A stretch of DNA of 64,000 nucleotides from Octopus sinensis (GCF_006345805.1 NC_043016.1:19220001-19284000); one strand, 5' to 3'; positions 1 to 13,180 are shown, counted from the stretch's first letter. Numbers and translations: made by a program. The notes: a model not told the origin generated them from the letters alone.

Positions 1-60
1 CACATTAAAACCATGTAATTAAATCCTACACACAGAAATCCTACACACAAAAGCATAAAT

Positions 61-274
61 GCATGTATGTATATATGTATATATTTAAATATACATATAT
101 GTATACATATATGTATATATATGCATGCATATGTATATATGCATGTATATGCGTGCATATGTATATATATATGTATGTACATATTTAATATATATATGTA
201 TACATATATGAATATGTATGTATGCATATGTATATATGTATGTATATGTGTGCATATGTATATATATATGTATA

Positions 275-331
<57 letters not shown>

Positions 332-447
332 TATACGAACTTATATAATCTTATTATATACTTATGTATATGTCTATATATATATATATATATAATTATT
401 ATTCCATGTATAAATATTATGAATACACACAAACACACACACAAATA

Positions 448-489
<42 letters not shown>

Positions 490-510
490 TATGTATGTAT
501 GTATTTTACA
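61..510. repeat. Compound (TA)n/(TATG)n microsatellite
   Basis: Direct reading; accounts for ORFs 67..348, 85..444 and 218..613. Confidence 0.95.
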
Positions 511-879
511 TTCATATTTACAATATGGATGTACAACGATCTTAGAATTAGACACACATGCAAAAAATATATATATAGTGCATATAACAACAAAAGTAAA
601 GCATTCCCTATAGAATTATCACTTGTTGGAAAAATAAACTCAATCAGTGTTTGGAATCGGTAAGAATCTGAAGGTTATTTAGCCTATGATTACAATATTT
701 TGCCTGAAAATATATTGTGTAAGAAAGCAAATTGCTGCGAATGGATTTTGCGAATGTATGAATGCGGATTTGGTCTCATCACGGGTCACGAATCCTATAT
801 TTAGATAGAATTTATATTTAGTAGGTAAGCAGATGAATTATAATTAATAAATTTTATAAAGCAAAATATGAAAAACAAA

Positions 880-2050
880 AGAGTTATTTTTAGTAAATAA
901 TTAGCTTTAGAAAAAGATTAGATAGTTTGTAGATAGTCTAAAGTAGGCTTGTGGTAGAGACATAAGACTTGTGAGGAAGTCAGTAGTTGTCATATTTTGG
1001 ATGTTAAACATGAAAATTATATTCCTGGACGCCAAGAGCGTGTTCTAAAACACGCTTACAAGTTACCAACAGAAGTGCTTACCACGTGGAAAAAGATGCA
1101 TTGTGGACCATTTATGGTTTATAGTTTTGCTGAATACAGAGATAGATATGGCCAACGAGCAACTAGAGACGTTAGTGGACTTCTGAACGTACGAGTGGAA
1201 TCTCCGAATACTGTAGCCTATAATGAACAAGGATCTCACATTGGTAGAAATTCCTAGACATTGAGCATTTGTAAGATTCTTGCCACAACTTGTTTCTATT
1301 GTTATGAATGTTGGGTAATGACCGGAAGTGTACGATGGCGAATATAAGCGGCCGAAGGATTTCTGGAGTAACATTACTCGACAGGATGTATAGCTCGGAA
1401 ATCAGGGTTCTCATCAAACAGAGTCGCTACTTCCTCGCATTCAGAAGTCACAGCTCTGGTACTATTAACACGTGAAGTAAATGTCGCAGAAAAGAATCAC
1501 AAGACGAAATTTTCAAGCTAAGACCCGAGGGTAGAAAAAGAATGAAATTGTTCGATAATATCCAAGCATCTCATTTTGTCATGATTGGGAGTCCAGCCGG
1601 AAATGACGGCTGCTGCTGAGAAGACTGTGCGAAGGAGGTACCCGAGGACTTTACCACCACGTCTCTCTTGGGGATAGTGGGCGGAGAAGATGGATAGATT
1701 GATGGAGGTTTATTTGACTGAGCTGTTGTTCTGGATCAAGTGTAAGTCAAGTTTGTGCACCTTGACGTATTGGATGAAGCTCGGTATTCATAACCTCTTA
1801 TGAATTGCTTGATGCAGCTCTCTATGAAACCTTCGTTCTTTTCTTTATAAAGATAAAGGAGGTGTTTGCATCGATCTCTTTCAGGAGACTCTGGATGTTG
1901 ATGGGGATGTACTGAAGGTAGTGATTTCTGGAAGTGTTTAGATCGTGGATTATAAATAATATCTAAAACTTCTTTGCTTATCAGTGAAACAAAATTGCCA
2001 GTACGGAACGAACGCTTCAGGAATAACAGTTGCAAAAGCCAGACCAATCA
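880..2050 (-). mobile_element. Highly decayed Penelope-like (Neptune-type?) 3' remnant: RT thumb/linker and GIY-YIG
   Basis: Minus-strand fragments DIIYNP, YIPINIQSLLK, IKQFIRGYE, ETSCGKN and a terminal HKPTLD (cf. YKPxLN) occur in the order expected for a PLE C-terminus. Many stops and frameshifts; similarity is weak. Confidence 0.4.
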
Positions 2051-2379
2051 GATGAATACCACACAACACACACACACACAACCACACACACACACCCCAC
2101 ACACCACACCACATTATATAAATATATAATTATATATACATATACACATACATATATATATATGTATGTGTGTATGTATATATATATATATTTATTTATT
2201 TATTAGGGAATAAAAATTCCGGCATCACAGGGGTTCAAATTATTCTCAGTGAAGAAATATATATGTTATTTAGAGATAGTAGTCCCCTTCATCCCACCAT
2301 ATAAAAGAATTTTAATTTAATTTAATACTTACTACTCATTTCTCTGCTACACGTGTTTCTTGAAGTTCTTTTACGGTTC

Positions 2380-2710
2380 CTTAAGCATGGTAGGGAAGAG
2401 GAAGCGTTGAGAGAGGGAAGAGGGTGCAATAAAGAAGAACGAAGGAGTAGAGGGATTAAAGAAACACAGAGAAGAGGAAGATACAAAGGAGGCAAGCAAG
2501 GGCGGAAAGAGAGGGTAAGAATGAGAAAGAGATAGAGTAAGAGTAGAGGAGGACAAATATAGAGTAAGAGGGAAAGAAGGGGAGAAGGAAAGGGAGAGAG
2601 AACGAAAAAGAAGGGGAGACAGATAGAGAAGAGAAAGGTACAAAGGAGGCAAGCAAGGGTGGAAAGAGAGAGTAAGAGTGAAGAGATAGAGTAAGAGTAG
2701 AAATAGTGTT
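2380..2710. repeat. Purine-rich tract with a ~65-bp internal direct repeat
   Basis: tacaaaggaggcaagcaaggg(c/t)ggaaagagag(g/a)gtaaga...gagatagagtaagagtag occurs near 2482 and again near 2638. Confidence 0.8.
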
Positions 2711-3100
2711 AAGAGTCGCATAATTCAGGAAATATTCTTTACAATATTACAGGCTGTGTACTGCGCTACATGAATGTATGAAGGGTTGAATAGACAATAT
2801 GCAAGGAGAAAACGGGAAACTAGACGAAAACTTAGTGGACGGGATTTTTAGACAAAGACACAATACGCGGATACACGAACTGACGAGGAGTTTTCCTCGT
2901 CAGTCAATGACGCAAAATATCATAGCGGTTTCGCGCCATTACCATTGAGACCACTCAATTTTGTAGGAGACTGTGCTATTATTAAGCTACTGGGAAAATG
3001 CTAGCGAATGTCTACTGGAATAGAAACAAGCAAGACATTATATAAATACAACAGACAAAGAATTATGCATATATAACAGTACGAAGCCTTGTCTATATAC

Positions 3101-3101
<1 letters not shown>

Positions 3102-3160
<59 letters not shown>
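3102..3160. repeat. (CA)n microsatellite
   Basis: Direct reading. Confidence 0.95.
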
Positions 3161-3164
<4 letters not shown>

Positions 3165-3281
3165 TGCACACATACACACATGTTTGTAAATATTTTTGTA
3201 TATAGGTATATTATTTATGGGTACCCGTTTAAAATTAACCTTTTCTTAAACATTACTCCTGCACAATATGCAAACTTAGCT

Positions 3282-3438
3282 CGTCTGTCTTTACGTTCTG
3301 AGTTCAAATTCCGCCGAGGTTGACTTTGCCTTCATCCTTTCGGGGTCGATAAATTAAGTACCAGTTGCGTACTGGGGTCGATCTAATCGACTGGTCCCCT
3401 CTCCTAAAATTTCGGGCCTTGTGCCTAGAGTAGAAAAG
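3282..3438 (+). mobile_element. 5'-truncated tRNA-derived SINE (family A, variant tail) with 17-bp TSD
   Basis: B-box gagttcaaattc and body shared with the copy at 19257; flanked by identical aatatgcaaacttagct at 3265-3281 and 3439-3455. Confidence 0.85.
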
Positions 3439-4083
3439 AATATGCAAACTTAGCTAGTTTCATATTCGGCAACGTTGTTAGCATGAACATCATTACTGAT
3501 ATAACTCACCCGTTTAATATATTAGTATTTATCTTTCCTGTTTAACATTGACAACTCTAAAATAATCTTTTAAGCAAAATTATGAATTACTGCTGAGATT
3601 TCGAACTTAAATTTAAAAAAAAATGTCAGATCAGTATTGATCAAGTTATTCGTTGAAGCTTGACAACTCCAACCAGTCATATCAATAACTAACCTATATA
3701 CGATTTATAAGCTATAATATTTAAAATTGTACTTAAAATTAATTATATAAGAATATTATCTACAATAATTAAATTACTAAAATATATTTAAATAAGGTCT
3801 ATAGTTTCAATTAAATTTAAATTAGATTATTTGAATGAAATATCAGTTAGTGAGTATAATTATTTCCCCTAAAATATTTAACTTTAACTTTTTCACTTGG
3901 AAATTATTTAGTAACTCTGAGTTTGCTACTTTGATCCTTGAACTATGATAATGATGTTGATTGCAAGAAATGACCTTCGAGTTTTTAATATTCAGTTTTT
4001 GTTGTTTACTTATACTTTTAACTATTTATTTTATGTTTTTTTTTTAACTACTAGGGTGTGTGTATACATATATGGGCATGTCC

Positions 4084-4133
<50 letters not shown>

Positions 4134-4173
4134 ATATATACTTTATTTAAAGCAGCAGAAAAATCAACAAAAC

Positions 4174-4210
4174 CTGTTACTCTGAGTTCCCGTTGCCGTT
4201 CATCGGACTG
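4174..4210 (-). ncRNA. Degenerate type-I hammerhead-like motif (PLE pLTR remnant)
   Basis: Minus strand reads cagt-CCGATGA-a-cg(gcaa)cg-GGAAC-tcaga-GTA-acag: two core substitutions and a mismatched stem I. Confidence 0.35.
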
Positions 4211-4358
4211 TTTTTGCTAGAATGGAACCGATATGTCAATTCTATCCAGACTATTACAAACGCTACACCTTTTAAAAATGGACTTGTTTGATTGGCCCTT
4301 TAGAAATAACGGTCAATCTTCGAGCGATAAACAAAAGTGAGCTCAAATATATAATATT

Positions 4359-4400
<42 letters not shown>

Positions 4401-4526
4401 ATATATATATATATATATAATATATATGTTGTGTGTGTGTGTGTGCGTGCGTGTGTGTGTGTGTATGTGTGTGTGTGTATGTGTGTGTGTATGTGCGTAT
4501 GTACATATTCCATTATTTATGCTTTG

Positions 4527-4700
4527 CGGCAGTGAGCTGGAAGAATCGCTAGAGCGTCAGGCAAAATGCTTAGCGGTATTTCTTCCGGCTCTTTAGCCTG
4601 AGTTCAAATTCTTTGACGGTTGACTTTGTCGTTCATCGTACCAGTCAACTACTGGAATAGATGGTGTCAACTAAGCCCTCCTCTCAAAACTGCCGGGCTA
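4527..4700 (+). mobile_element. Degenerate SINE family A copy
   Basis: Head ggcagtgagctggaagaatcgctagagc...aaatgcttagcggtatttc and B-box gagttcaaattc. Confidence 0.7.
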
Positions 4701-4976
4701 AATCAACAGTTCTCATGCTTATTTCATCCAAATTATAGGAGTAATCTTGTGGTCTCGGTTACTTATACACCATGGAAACCAAGTAACAGGCCTTGAGGGT
4801 CCTAGGTCTCAAGAAAAAAAATTAAATTAATGCATTTCTCTAATATTTTTGAATTTATTTATGGAAGCTACCATGTAAACTCTTGTCTATTTCCCAATTT
4901 CCTATATTTATTTGTACGTACGCACATGCATATGTATGCATTCACAATTTACATACAAATATTCCTCTTATATATA

Positions 4977-5817
4977 CTGGCTGATTGAAACTAACTCCCT
5001 ATTTTAAAATACTTTTTTTATAAAATAATTTATTAATTATAATTTTTTTCTCAAATTTGTTGTGTATATTCTTTAATGTATGGAAATTGGCTCAATGTTG
5101 TTTTTTTTTCAGATCGATCATTTTGTTTGAAATTTAGAAACCCTACAAACATGGTCTGATCTCTTTAAAAATATCTTCTGGAGTGATGAAACGCTGGGTT
5201 TGTGAACCGTCACAACTGCCACTAATGGGCAGGAGAAGATCCTCTGAAAAAATGCAGAATTGACCCAAGGTAACAGTATGGCTTGGAATGACTTTGGACA
5301 GGATTGTTGGTCCTTTCATCCTTCGCAATGCCATGAATGCTGAAAGGTACCTCACCATACTGCCATATGAAATCTGGTCAGTTATCAGTACTTGGGAGAA
5401 TATAGATGATTTGATTTTTATGCAAGATGGCGCTCCTTCAAATATTGCTATTGTTGTTTGTAAATGGCTGAATACCCACTTCCCTAGGAGATGAATGGAT
5501 CGTCGAGGCCAGATTTAATTCTGCGACTTTTTATTTGGGGTTGGTTAAAGGGGCAAGTCTACTCTACCAAACCAACGACTTTGGAAGAACTTGAAGGGCG
5601 AATACGAGAAGTTACGTCTTCCATCTCACAAGAGTTCCTGATGAAATTAGTTGATGCGGTTCCCGGGCGGCTTGAGAATCTGGTGGCAAATGATGGTGCC
5701 TATATCTAATTTTAAAACCATGCTATATGCTTTCTTCACATATTCATTTTTTTCTAAGAATTATAGTTAATAAATTATAAGTATTTTAAAATAGGGAGTT
5801 ACTTTTCAGTCACCTTG
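4977..5817 (+). mobile_element. Internally deleted Tc1/mariner transposon (rosa/DD41D-like), with TIRs and TA TSD
   Basis: TIR-like ends ctggctgattgaaactaactccctattttaaaatactt and aagtattttaaaatagggagttacttttcagtcaccttg, with TA on both sides. Transposase fragments VNRHNC, PKVTVWLGMTLDRIVGPF, MQDGAP..WLNTHFPRR, CDF and WGWLKGQVY; the N-terminal DNA-binding region is missing. Confidence 0.85.
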
Positions 5818-5844
5818 TATATATACGTATCCATGCATTAATGT

Positions 5845-6065
5845 ATCCTTTTTATCTATTCGACGTGATTCAGTCATTTGACTGTGCCCATGCTGAAGCA
5901 CTGCCTTAAAGAGATTTTGGTTGAACAAATTGACCCCGGGACTTATTTTTTAAAGTCCTGGTACTTATTCTACCTTTCTCTTTTGCTAAACCACTAAGTT
6001 ACTGGGATGTAAAGAAACCAACAACGGTTGTTAAGTGGTAGTGGGAGACAGAAATGACACAACGA
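5845..6065 (-). mobile_element. SINE family B, 3' part
   Basis: Reverse complement matches the tail (cagcatgg..cagtcaaatgactga) of the copies at 31237 and 57193. Confidence 0.75.
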
Positions 6066-6084
6066 TATGCACATAGATGGATGG

Positions 6085-6200
6085 ATAGATAGATAGATAC
6101 ATACATACATGCATACATACATACATACATACATACATACATACATACATACATACATACATACATACATACATACATACATACATGCATACATACATAC
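6085..6200. repeat. (GATA)n/(CATA)n microsatellite
   Basis: Direct reading. Confidence 0.95.
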
Positions 6201-6289
6201 ACAGCCCCTGGCGTTTCAAGGTGCAACCGAATATATAGATTATGTCATATTTCTGTGGAAGACATCACACATGTAACTAGCAGCAGTCC

Positions 6290-6520
6290 AAACATGTCAT
6301 CAAGGTACTATACTCGGATTACAAATTAACATTCATAGCAATAAAAATTGGAGCACTTGGTTTTGTAAATGCCTAACCGACAGTCTAGATAAGCTTAGAT
6401 TTTCAGAAAAAGAAATCTATCAGTTGACTTGAACATTACAACAACTATCTGTAAGCGGAACAGTAAAAGCTATGCAAGACTTTTCTCAGGTTTAAAATGT
6501 GACATTGTTTCCGTTATCTA
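6290..6520 (+). mobile_element. R4/Dong-like non-LTR retrotransposon, C-terminal restriction-like endonuclease remnant
   Basis: Translates (frameshifted) to LYSDYKLTFIAIKIGALGFV...SVSGTVK / LCKTFLRFK, typical of the end of R4/Dong ORFs. Confidence 0.6.
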
Positions 6521-6604
6521 CATTCGAACGATGGAGTTTTGTATCTTTGTAAGAAATCAGCTCCTTCTCCCGAGGAGGAATTTAAATAAATAAAAACAGA
6601 AGAG

Positions 6605-7112
6605 GCATACATACATACCTACATACATACATGCATACATACATACATACATACATACATACATACATACATACATACATACATGCATACATACATACAT
6701 ACATACATACATACACACATACATACATACATACATAATTACATACATACATATATACATACATACATACATACATACATACATACATACATACATACAT
6801 AATACATACATGCATGCATGCATACATACATACATACATACATACATACATGCATACATACATACATACATACATACATACATACATGCATGCATACATA
6901 CATACATACATGCATACATACATACATACATACATATATACATACATACATACATACATACATACACATACATACATACATACATACATACACACACATA
7001 CATACATACATACATACATACATACATACATACATACATACTAACACACACATACATACATACATACATACATACATACATACATACATACATACATACA
7101 TACATACATACA
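6605..7112. repeat. ~500-bp (CATA)n microsatellite
   Basis: Direct reading; source of the MYVC/HTYI ORFs. Confidence 0.97.
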
Positions 7113-7289
7113 TCCTCTGACTGGTCAACTAATTTCAAAGAATAGTTGTTTTTCGTTCTATTCTTGTGGTTTTTCTGTCTCTATCTGAAGGTATGTTCTA
7201 CCATCATCCTTAATATGCTTCCTGTCGTCTTTCCTTATCTCTTTCTGTTTACACAGCTATATATTCTATAGTTTACTGACCAGTAGAGG

Positions 7290-7585
7290 AGAGGAGACCT
7301 CCTTTGGTCATGAATGACCAGGGGATTGCATCTAGAAAGTTCCCCTTCAAGCGCACAAGATCAGGTAAGATTGTTTATGGAGGAGCAGCAGTTGCCTATG
7401 CATGCTAGACCCCCTCTCCACACCACCGATGTTATCGAAGGGAAACGCAAAAAGAGATACAGCTTGACACCAGTGACATCGTAGCTCATTGCTACAGATG
7501 AATGAAATGTAGCAATGTGAAATAAAGTGCCTTGCTCAAGAACACAACATACAACCCGGTGCCAGGATCGAACTCACGACCCCAC
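7290..7585 (-). mobile_element. SINE family C (tRNA head; older copy)
   Basis: Colinear with 58937-59288 (ggtcatgaatgacc...gtgaaataaagtgccttgctcaagaacacaac). Confidence 0.8.
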
Positions 7586-7819
7586 GAATGACCAGTATTG
7601 AATTGTCAAGTGCTACTCCCCCCACACACTCTCACACAATGTTGGATAGACTCTCCTGAAATCGAATACCCTATGACAAGCCTTGTTTCTCACCGCGTGG
7701 GTGTCTAGAAACAATCCTTTTCACCAACACACTCTGGTTGGGGTTGTCTGTTTACGCACTCACAACTCCGCTATGCAGCAGGTTATATATACTTATATGC
7801 ATATACTTACAGGTATCAC

Positions 7820-8230
7820 TACGAGAAATATGCTCAATGCTTCTATCACCCCTTATTTCTTTCAAATAAAATATTTCTTTGCCAGTTTTTACCTGAGTAC
7901 TGTACTTTAAATTCCATCATTATGTTCCTTTTTCTGTTTAGCTTGTTAATTCACTTACAAGTAGCTGAAAATATTATAACAATAATTTATTATTGAAACA
8001 CCTTGAACGTTGGTGCCTAATACATTATTTCTAGTATTTAGCTCAGTTATAAGTATTAATCTAAAATGTCTGTAATATTCCTTCCTAAACTTTTCTTTCC
8101 TTTAAGTGCGACATACGCTGTCTAGTTCATTAATTTTCAAATATATGTAAGTCTGTGTTTCATCTAATTATCTAATCTCTGTTTCTTTATCTGATGTAGT
8201 TTTTACTAATGTTTCTCCCTTGTAGTCTTC
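7820..8230 (-). mobile_element. R4/Dong-like LINE RT C-terminal remnant
   Basis: Minus-strand fragments ETQTYIYLKINE, KEKFRKEYYRHFRLILITELN and KLNRKRNIMM resemble R4/Dong KEKIRKEYYRRVRLILKTELN...KLDRKTRK. Confidence 0.65.
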
Positions 8231-8401
8231 CAGGTTATTCAGTGGAATTTTCAAAACAAAAAACTCCTCGCTCCTTCAATCCGTGCATTGTATATATAAT
8301 AGTTTTTATAGCTGTTTATCATTTGCAAAATACAACATGACACCATTCATATCAAAGACATTTACCTATATTATCCAGGTACTTCCAATACACACACAAC
8401 A

Positions 8402-8486
<85 letters not shown>

Positions 8487-9370
8487 TAAATCATTCAAAC
8501 ACTAAAATTTGAAATAAGGTGTCACTACAGTTAATATCATCTGTGGATAAAGTTTAAAATTGATGATATCAACAGCAGTAACATAGGTGGATCGCAGTCA
8601 AAATAGCATTATATAGCTATGAATTATAAAGTTGCACGAAGAGTAATGATGCTTAAAAATCATACACCTGCTAGAAATAAGAGCTAAAGTCTTAAATTAA
8701 TCCACCGTACAGCAACAAGATAACAGAGAAAAATAGTAGGCGAAGAAAAAGGAAAGAATTAATACATTCAACTGCAGAGGTGTTTGAATGTTTTGCTTAT
8801 AATTTTTCTGCACCATGTACTCTGTTTTTGGCGCAAAGCAAAACCAGTTGCACTGTCGGAGTTTAACGTGACGGTCGTGAAATATTATGAGGTGGTTCAC
8901 ACTGAAGAGGCTCAAGAACTAAATATCCAAAAGCATAAACCCGGTGTGTGAATGTCCTAAACTGCATACTATTAAGGATAGAATCTATATAAGATTTTAT
9001 CAGGAAGCTAGCGTGTAAAAGCAATTAAGGTAAAAAAATTAATACGAAGTATATAATGTCATAATTACAATAATTTATTAAGGATATATAAGTGTGAAAA
9101 TTTGTACATGCCCGTATGGTATATATAAATGCTTATATTTATGTATCACTGGTTATGTCATACTGACGAATGGAGAGCGTATTACAATGCTGACCCCTGA
9201 AATCGTTTCGATATGTAATTGAACTTTTTCAAAACATCTTTTCTTCGTTCCCTCGATTTCAGTGTTTGTGTATTTTTGATAAAGTAGCTTAAGGCCTTTG
9301 GCGTCTATTTCCAGCGTGTGACTTTACTTCTCGTAACTGCCCTTAATATAATAGTGTGTGTGTGTGTGTA

Positions 9371-9399
<29 letters not shown>

Positions 9400-9402
<3 letters not shown>

Positions 9403-10112
9403 TATATAAGTTCAGCAACAATTTAGATTCAAATGAATATGGCACTTAATTTAGATGCATCAGAATTTTTTATGGTGTTACCCATAAAAATATGCGGGGT
9501 GATTATAATAAAAAAATAAGCAACAAGAATGAATCCGGTAATTTAGTACAATTGTTTCATACTACAACATTTTATTAAAATTCTGATGGCTCTCAGTTGC
9601 AAGTAGGGTTTTTGGTCAGTTAGTAGCTGACCTACTACCTCATATGTTCCTTAGAATTTAATGATCTTTCTACACTGACCTAAATTTTTTTGTCACCACA
9701 GAGATAGATTGACCCTTTGTTCTAGTGACAACCTGTTCTTCTTTTACATATCCTGAATTTTCCTCCTCTTTTCTTCAACTAACTTGAATTCTTTACCTGC
9801 CCTTACCCCAATCCTTATAACTAAAGAAATTTTCTTACAGCAGTCAGTTGTAAACAAGGTTTTGGACAGTTGGCACCTGAACTACACGACCTCATGTTCC
9901 TAAGATTCATATTTACATCTTTATCTGTGTATTTACCTTCCCTAAGATGTTATTAATTGATTGAAAACTTTATATTATTGGAAAACCTATATAAAATTAG
10001 CTGAAGATTACTCGGCATCTTAAATCTGCTGTAATAATTAGTTTTAATAAAATGTTGTAGTATGAAACAATTGTACTAAATTACCGGATTCATTCTTGTT
10101 GCTTATTTTTTG

Positions 10113-10117
<5 letters not shown>
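9400..10117 (+). mobile_element. PLE pLTR fold-back unit 1 (inverted partial pLTR plus 3' end)
   Basis: 76-bp inverted arms 9505-9580 and 10042-10117 with 1 mismatch. The terminal segment 9405-9520 is homologous to the reverse complement of 21960-22075. Contains a hammerhead motif. Confidence 0.75.
9997..10079 (+). ncRNA. Type-I hammerhead-like ribozyme motif
   Basis: ttag-CTGAAGA(10001-7)-t[tact-cggcat...atgttg-t-agta]t-GAAAC(10064-8)-AATT-GTA-ctaa; palindromic stem III ACAATTGT; predicted cleavage after GUA at 10075. Confidence 0.65.
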
Positions 10118-10173
<56 letters not shown>

Positions 10174-10302
10174 CAAATAAGAAAATGGAGAAACAAATTT
10201 AGTTTATTCATCAACTTACGGATATTATAATGTTAGATTATTTATTATATATATACATATACATACATATCTATCTATCCATCCATCTAGCTATCTACCT
10301 AT

Positions 10303-10375
<73 letters not shown>

Positions 10376-11279
10376 CCTCTGTGGTTTAACATGATGGTTA
10401 TATGAGTTAACACCATAAAGAAAAGGGATAGAAAGAACCATCTTGAAATAATTCTTTTGTAATAAAAGGATACGTTTTTTTAGTCTATAAAACCGAACTA
10501 ATTGCCATTTATTCATAGCTTGACGATATGGTCAGCCATTTGTTTGAATTGAGTGCAAAATTTGAAGTTGTTTTATTATTTTTGCTTTGGAACAGATGAT
10601 GAATTGGCAGGTTCGTTAAAGAACAAGAGGAAAATACCTTGCAGACCTCTGCCTGTTCATTACATTCTGAATTGAAATTCCGCCGTGTCTTTCAATCTTC
10701 CGGAACCCTGTGCTTCTGCCAGAAATGATTATTTTGTTTTGCCTAGCATTTTACTCCACTGATACTGTAGAACTAGAAATAGACCATCTGATTAGCATTT
10801 TATTTCGAAATACGTTTTTTTTTTGTTTTAGCAATTGTTTACATTGTTGCACAATGCTGGTCAGGAGAGACTCCCTCTTCCGTTTTCTTTTGATATTCTT
10901 TTGTGTTCTTTGATTTTAATCTTTTTATTTGAAATGGTTTCGTGTAGCTGTTATGATCATTATTTAGTTTCGAGTCAATTCTAATTAATGGGATCTATGA
11001 TTAAGAACGTTCCAGCTGTAACCATTTTGTTATTTATTAAGGCATAGTATATGAATCTGTTCCATTGTATCTGTGTTATTTAAAGCTGATACGTGGAATT
11101 TTAGGGAAGATTTGGTATATATATATATATATATATATATATGTCTATAGAAACAACTTGTGGCCTGATTTTCCTATTGTTTTTCCATATCAAGTTTTCT
11201 TCCGTGTAGATAACTTCTAGCTTGTACTTTATACATATATACATGCATGCATACACGAATACATACACATAGATATAGG

Positions 11280-11445
<166 letters not shown>

Positions 11446-12218
11446 TATCTATCTGTGTGCATGTGTGTGTGGATGTGTGTGCGATTAATTACCTAGCACT
11501 ATTAGCAATATAGATTTTGTTCAAGGCGTTTAGCAGAGAGCAGAGAAGAAAATGCACACACACACACACACGCACACACACACACACACCACACATACAC
11601 ACACACACGCCAAGGCCAGCGATTATGCCTAAAAGAAGCCCTCCTAATATTAATACATAATTCACTGCAATTACTAACCACTAAATTGTTGTCCTTTATG
11701 AACTTACCTAAATTGTCCCCCAACCCTCCTTTACTGAAACTGTAACTTTTGACATTTCATTCCAAATGCAGTACTAACACATCTCTATCATAAGCTTTAC
11801 TTTTATTTTTATTTTTATTCTTATTTTTAACCTTTTACTCCTACCTTATTTGTATTCCTTTCTTCTCTCTCTCTTGCTAACTTTCTTCTCTCTCTCAAAT
11901 ATACACTCACTCACAAAACCCATTTATGTGTATCTTACTTTCTCACTCTATATACACATTCACATACTATCTGTCGCTTCAATATGAACACATCATTCAA
12001 AATACTGCCAAAATACTGCCTGGATCTACCTGTGATTTTAACTAAGTAACTGTACCTTCATGGAAGTACTTACCAACATCCATATCCTTTGGAAAAAGAT
12101 GAGTTGTGAATATTATTCTCCCGCCTACTACAATTACTCTTTATCCTTCTGTTTGCTCTTTTATTCTACTTATTCCTTGTAAACTGTAAATTTTCCCTGT
12201 TTTGAACTTTCATACCTT

Positions 12219-12295
12219 GTCTCTGATGACGGAATATCCAGTGTGTGAAGATGCTAACCTACCACTTGGGTTACCCCAGAAACGATTAAAAGATC
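12219..12295 (+). ncRNA. Degenerate hammerhead-like motif in a probable PLE 3' UTR
   Basis: gtct-CTGATGA(12223-9)...imperfect long stem II (ggaatatccagtg/cacttgggttaccc)...GAAAC(12279-83); the 3' half is degenerate. The 5' context gtct-CTGATGA matches the motif at 53506-53553. Confidence 0.4.
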
Positions 12296-13094
12296 AAATT
12301 CACCTTACCCTAATTTAATTGTTCTAAACGACTTGAGATACTCGTTCTGCCTTGGTTTTTGCTTTTTCCTCTATATACAGGTCAATTTGAGGATATAAAC
12401 CTCTTATAGGGATGGTTCCTTAACTTCCTTAACGCCCTGATGATATTTCACTCAAAATCTTCGGAATGCAGACTTAACTTATTATATACGTTTTGTGATT
12501 TGTGATTAAGTGTGAATTGAAACAATTGTAGGCAATGTTAATTAATTAATAATTTAATTTTATCAATTAAATCTCTCCATTTTCTTACTTGCTAGCACAC
12601 ACACACATAAGTATACATGTGTAAAATAACATATAATAAACATCAGGCTTAGAAATATTAATATCATATTTAAGTAAATTTCAAACGAAAAGACTTGAAA
12701 ATAAAATCCAGCGATTTCTATTGAAATGATCGAAGCTCTCACTCACATACGTATATACTCCAGCTTGTGTGGATGAGGGCATATTTCTGATATTCTAATG
12801 TGCATTAAAAAAATATGGACAAGTGACAACGCTTTACAGGTTTCACAAAGACAGTTACAAGAGAGTTTTATAGTTTATCTTCGGTTTTAACACCGTGGTG
12901 TATATAAATAGTAAAATTCCATTTTCTCTTAATTCGTTGATGACGTGTCACGTGTTCATATATTTTTATGCATGCTCACAAGCACGTTCTTATCCCAGGA
13001 AAATATTGAATATATACGTAGTTATTTCAATATGTACAGCATGATTTTTCATTTCGTTTTCAATTGCCACGTCGTTTAACAGTAATTATATACA

Positions 13095-13180
13095 TACACA
13101 CACACATACATACATACATACATACATACATACATACATACATACATACATACATACATACATACATACATACATAAATA
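13095..13180. repeat. (CATA)n microsatellite
   Basis: Direct reading. Confidence 0.95.

Noticed and set aside
997-1257. 86-aa + strand ORF
   Set aside because: No recognisable domain; more likely antisense to a decayed PLE remnant.
6557-7145. Long ORFs of MYVC/HTYI repeats (also near 67, 13076, 18025, 35196, 48454, 54202 and 59454)
   Set aside because: They are translations of stop-free tetra- and dinucleotide microsatellites, open on both strands, with no coding signal.
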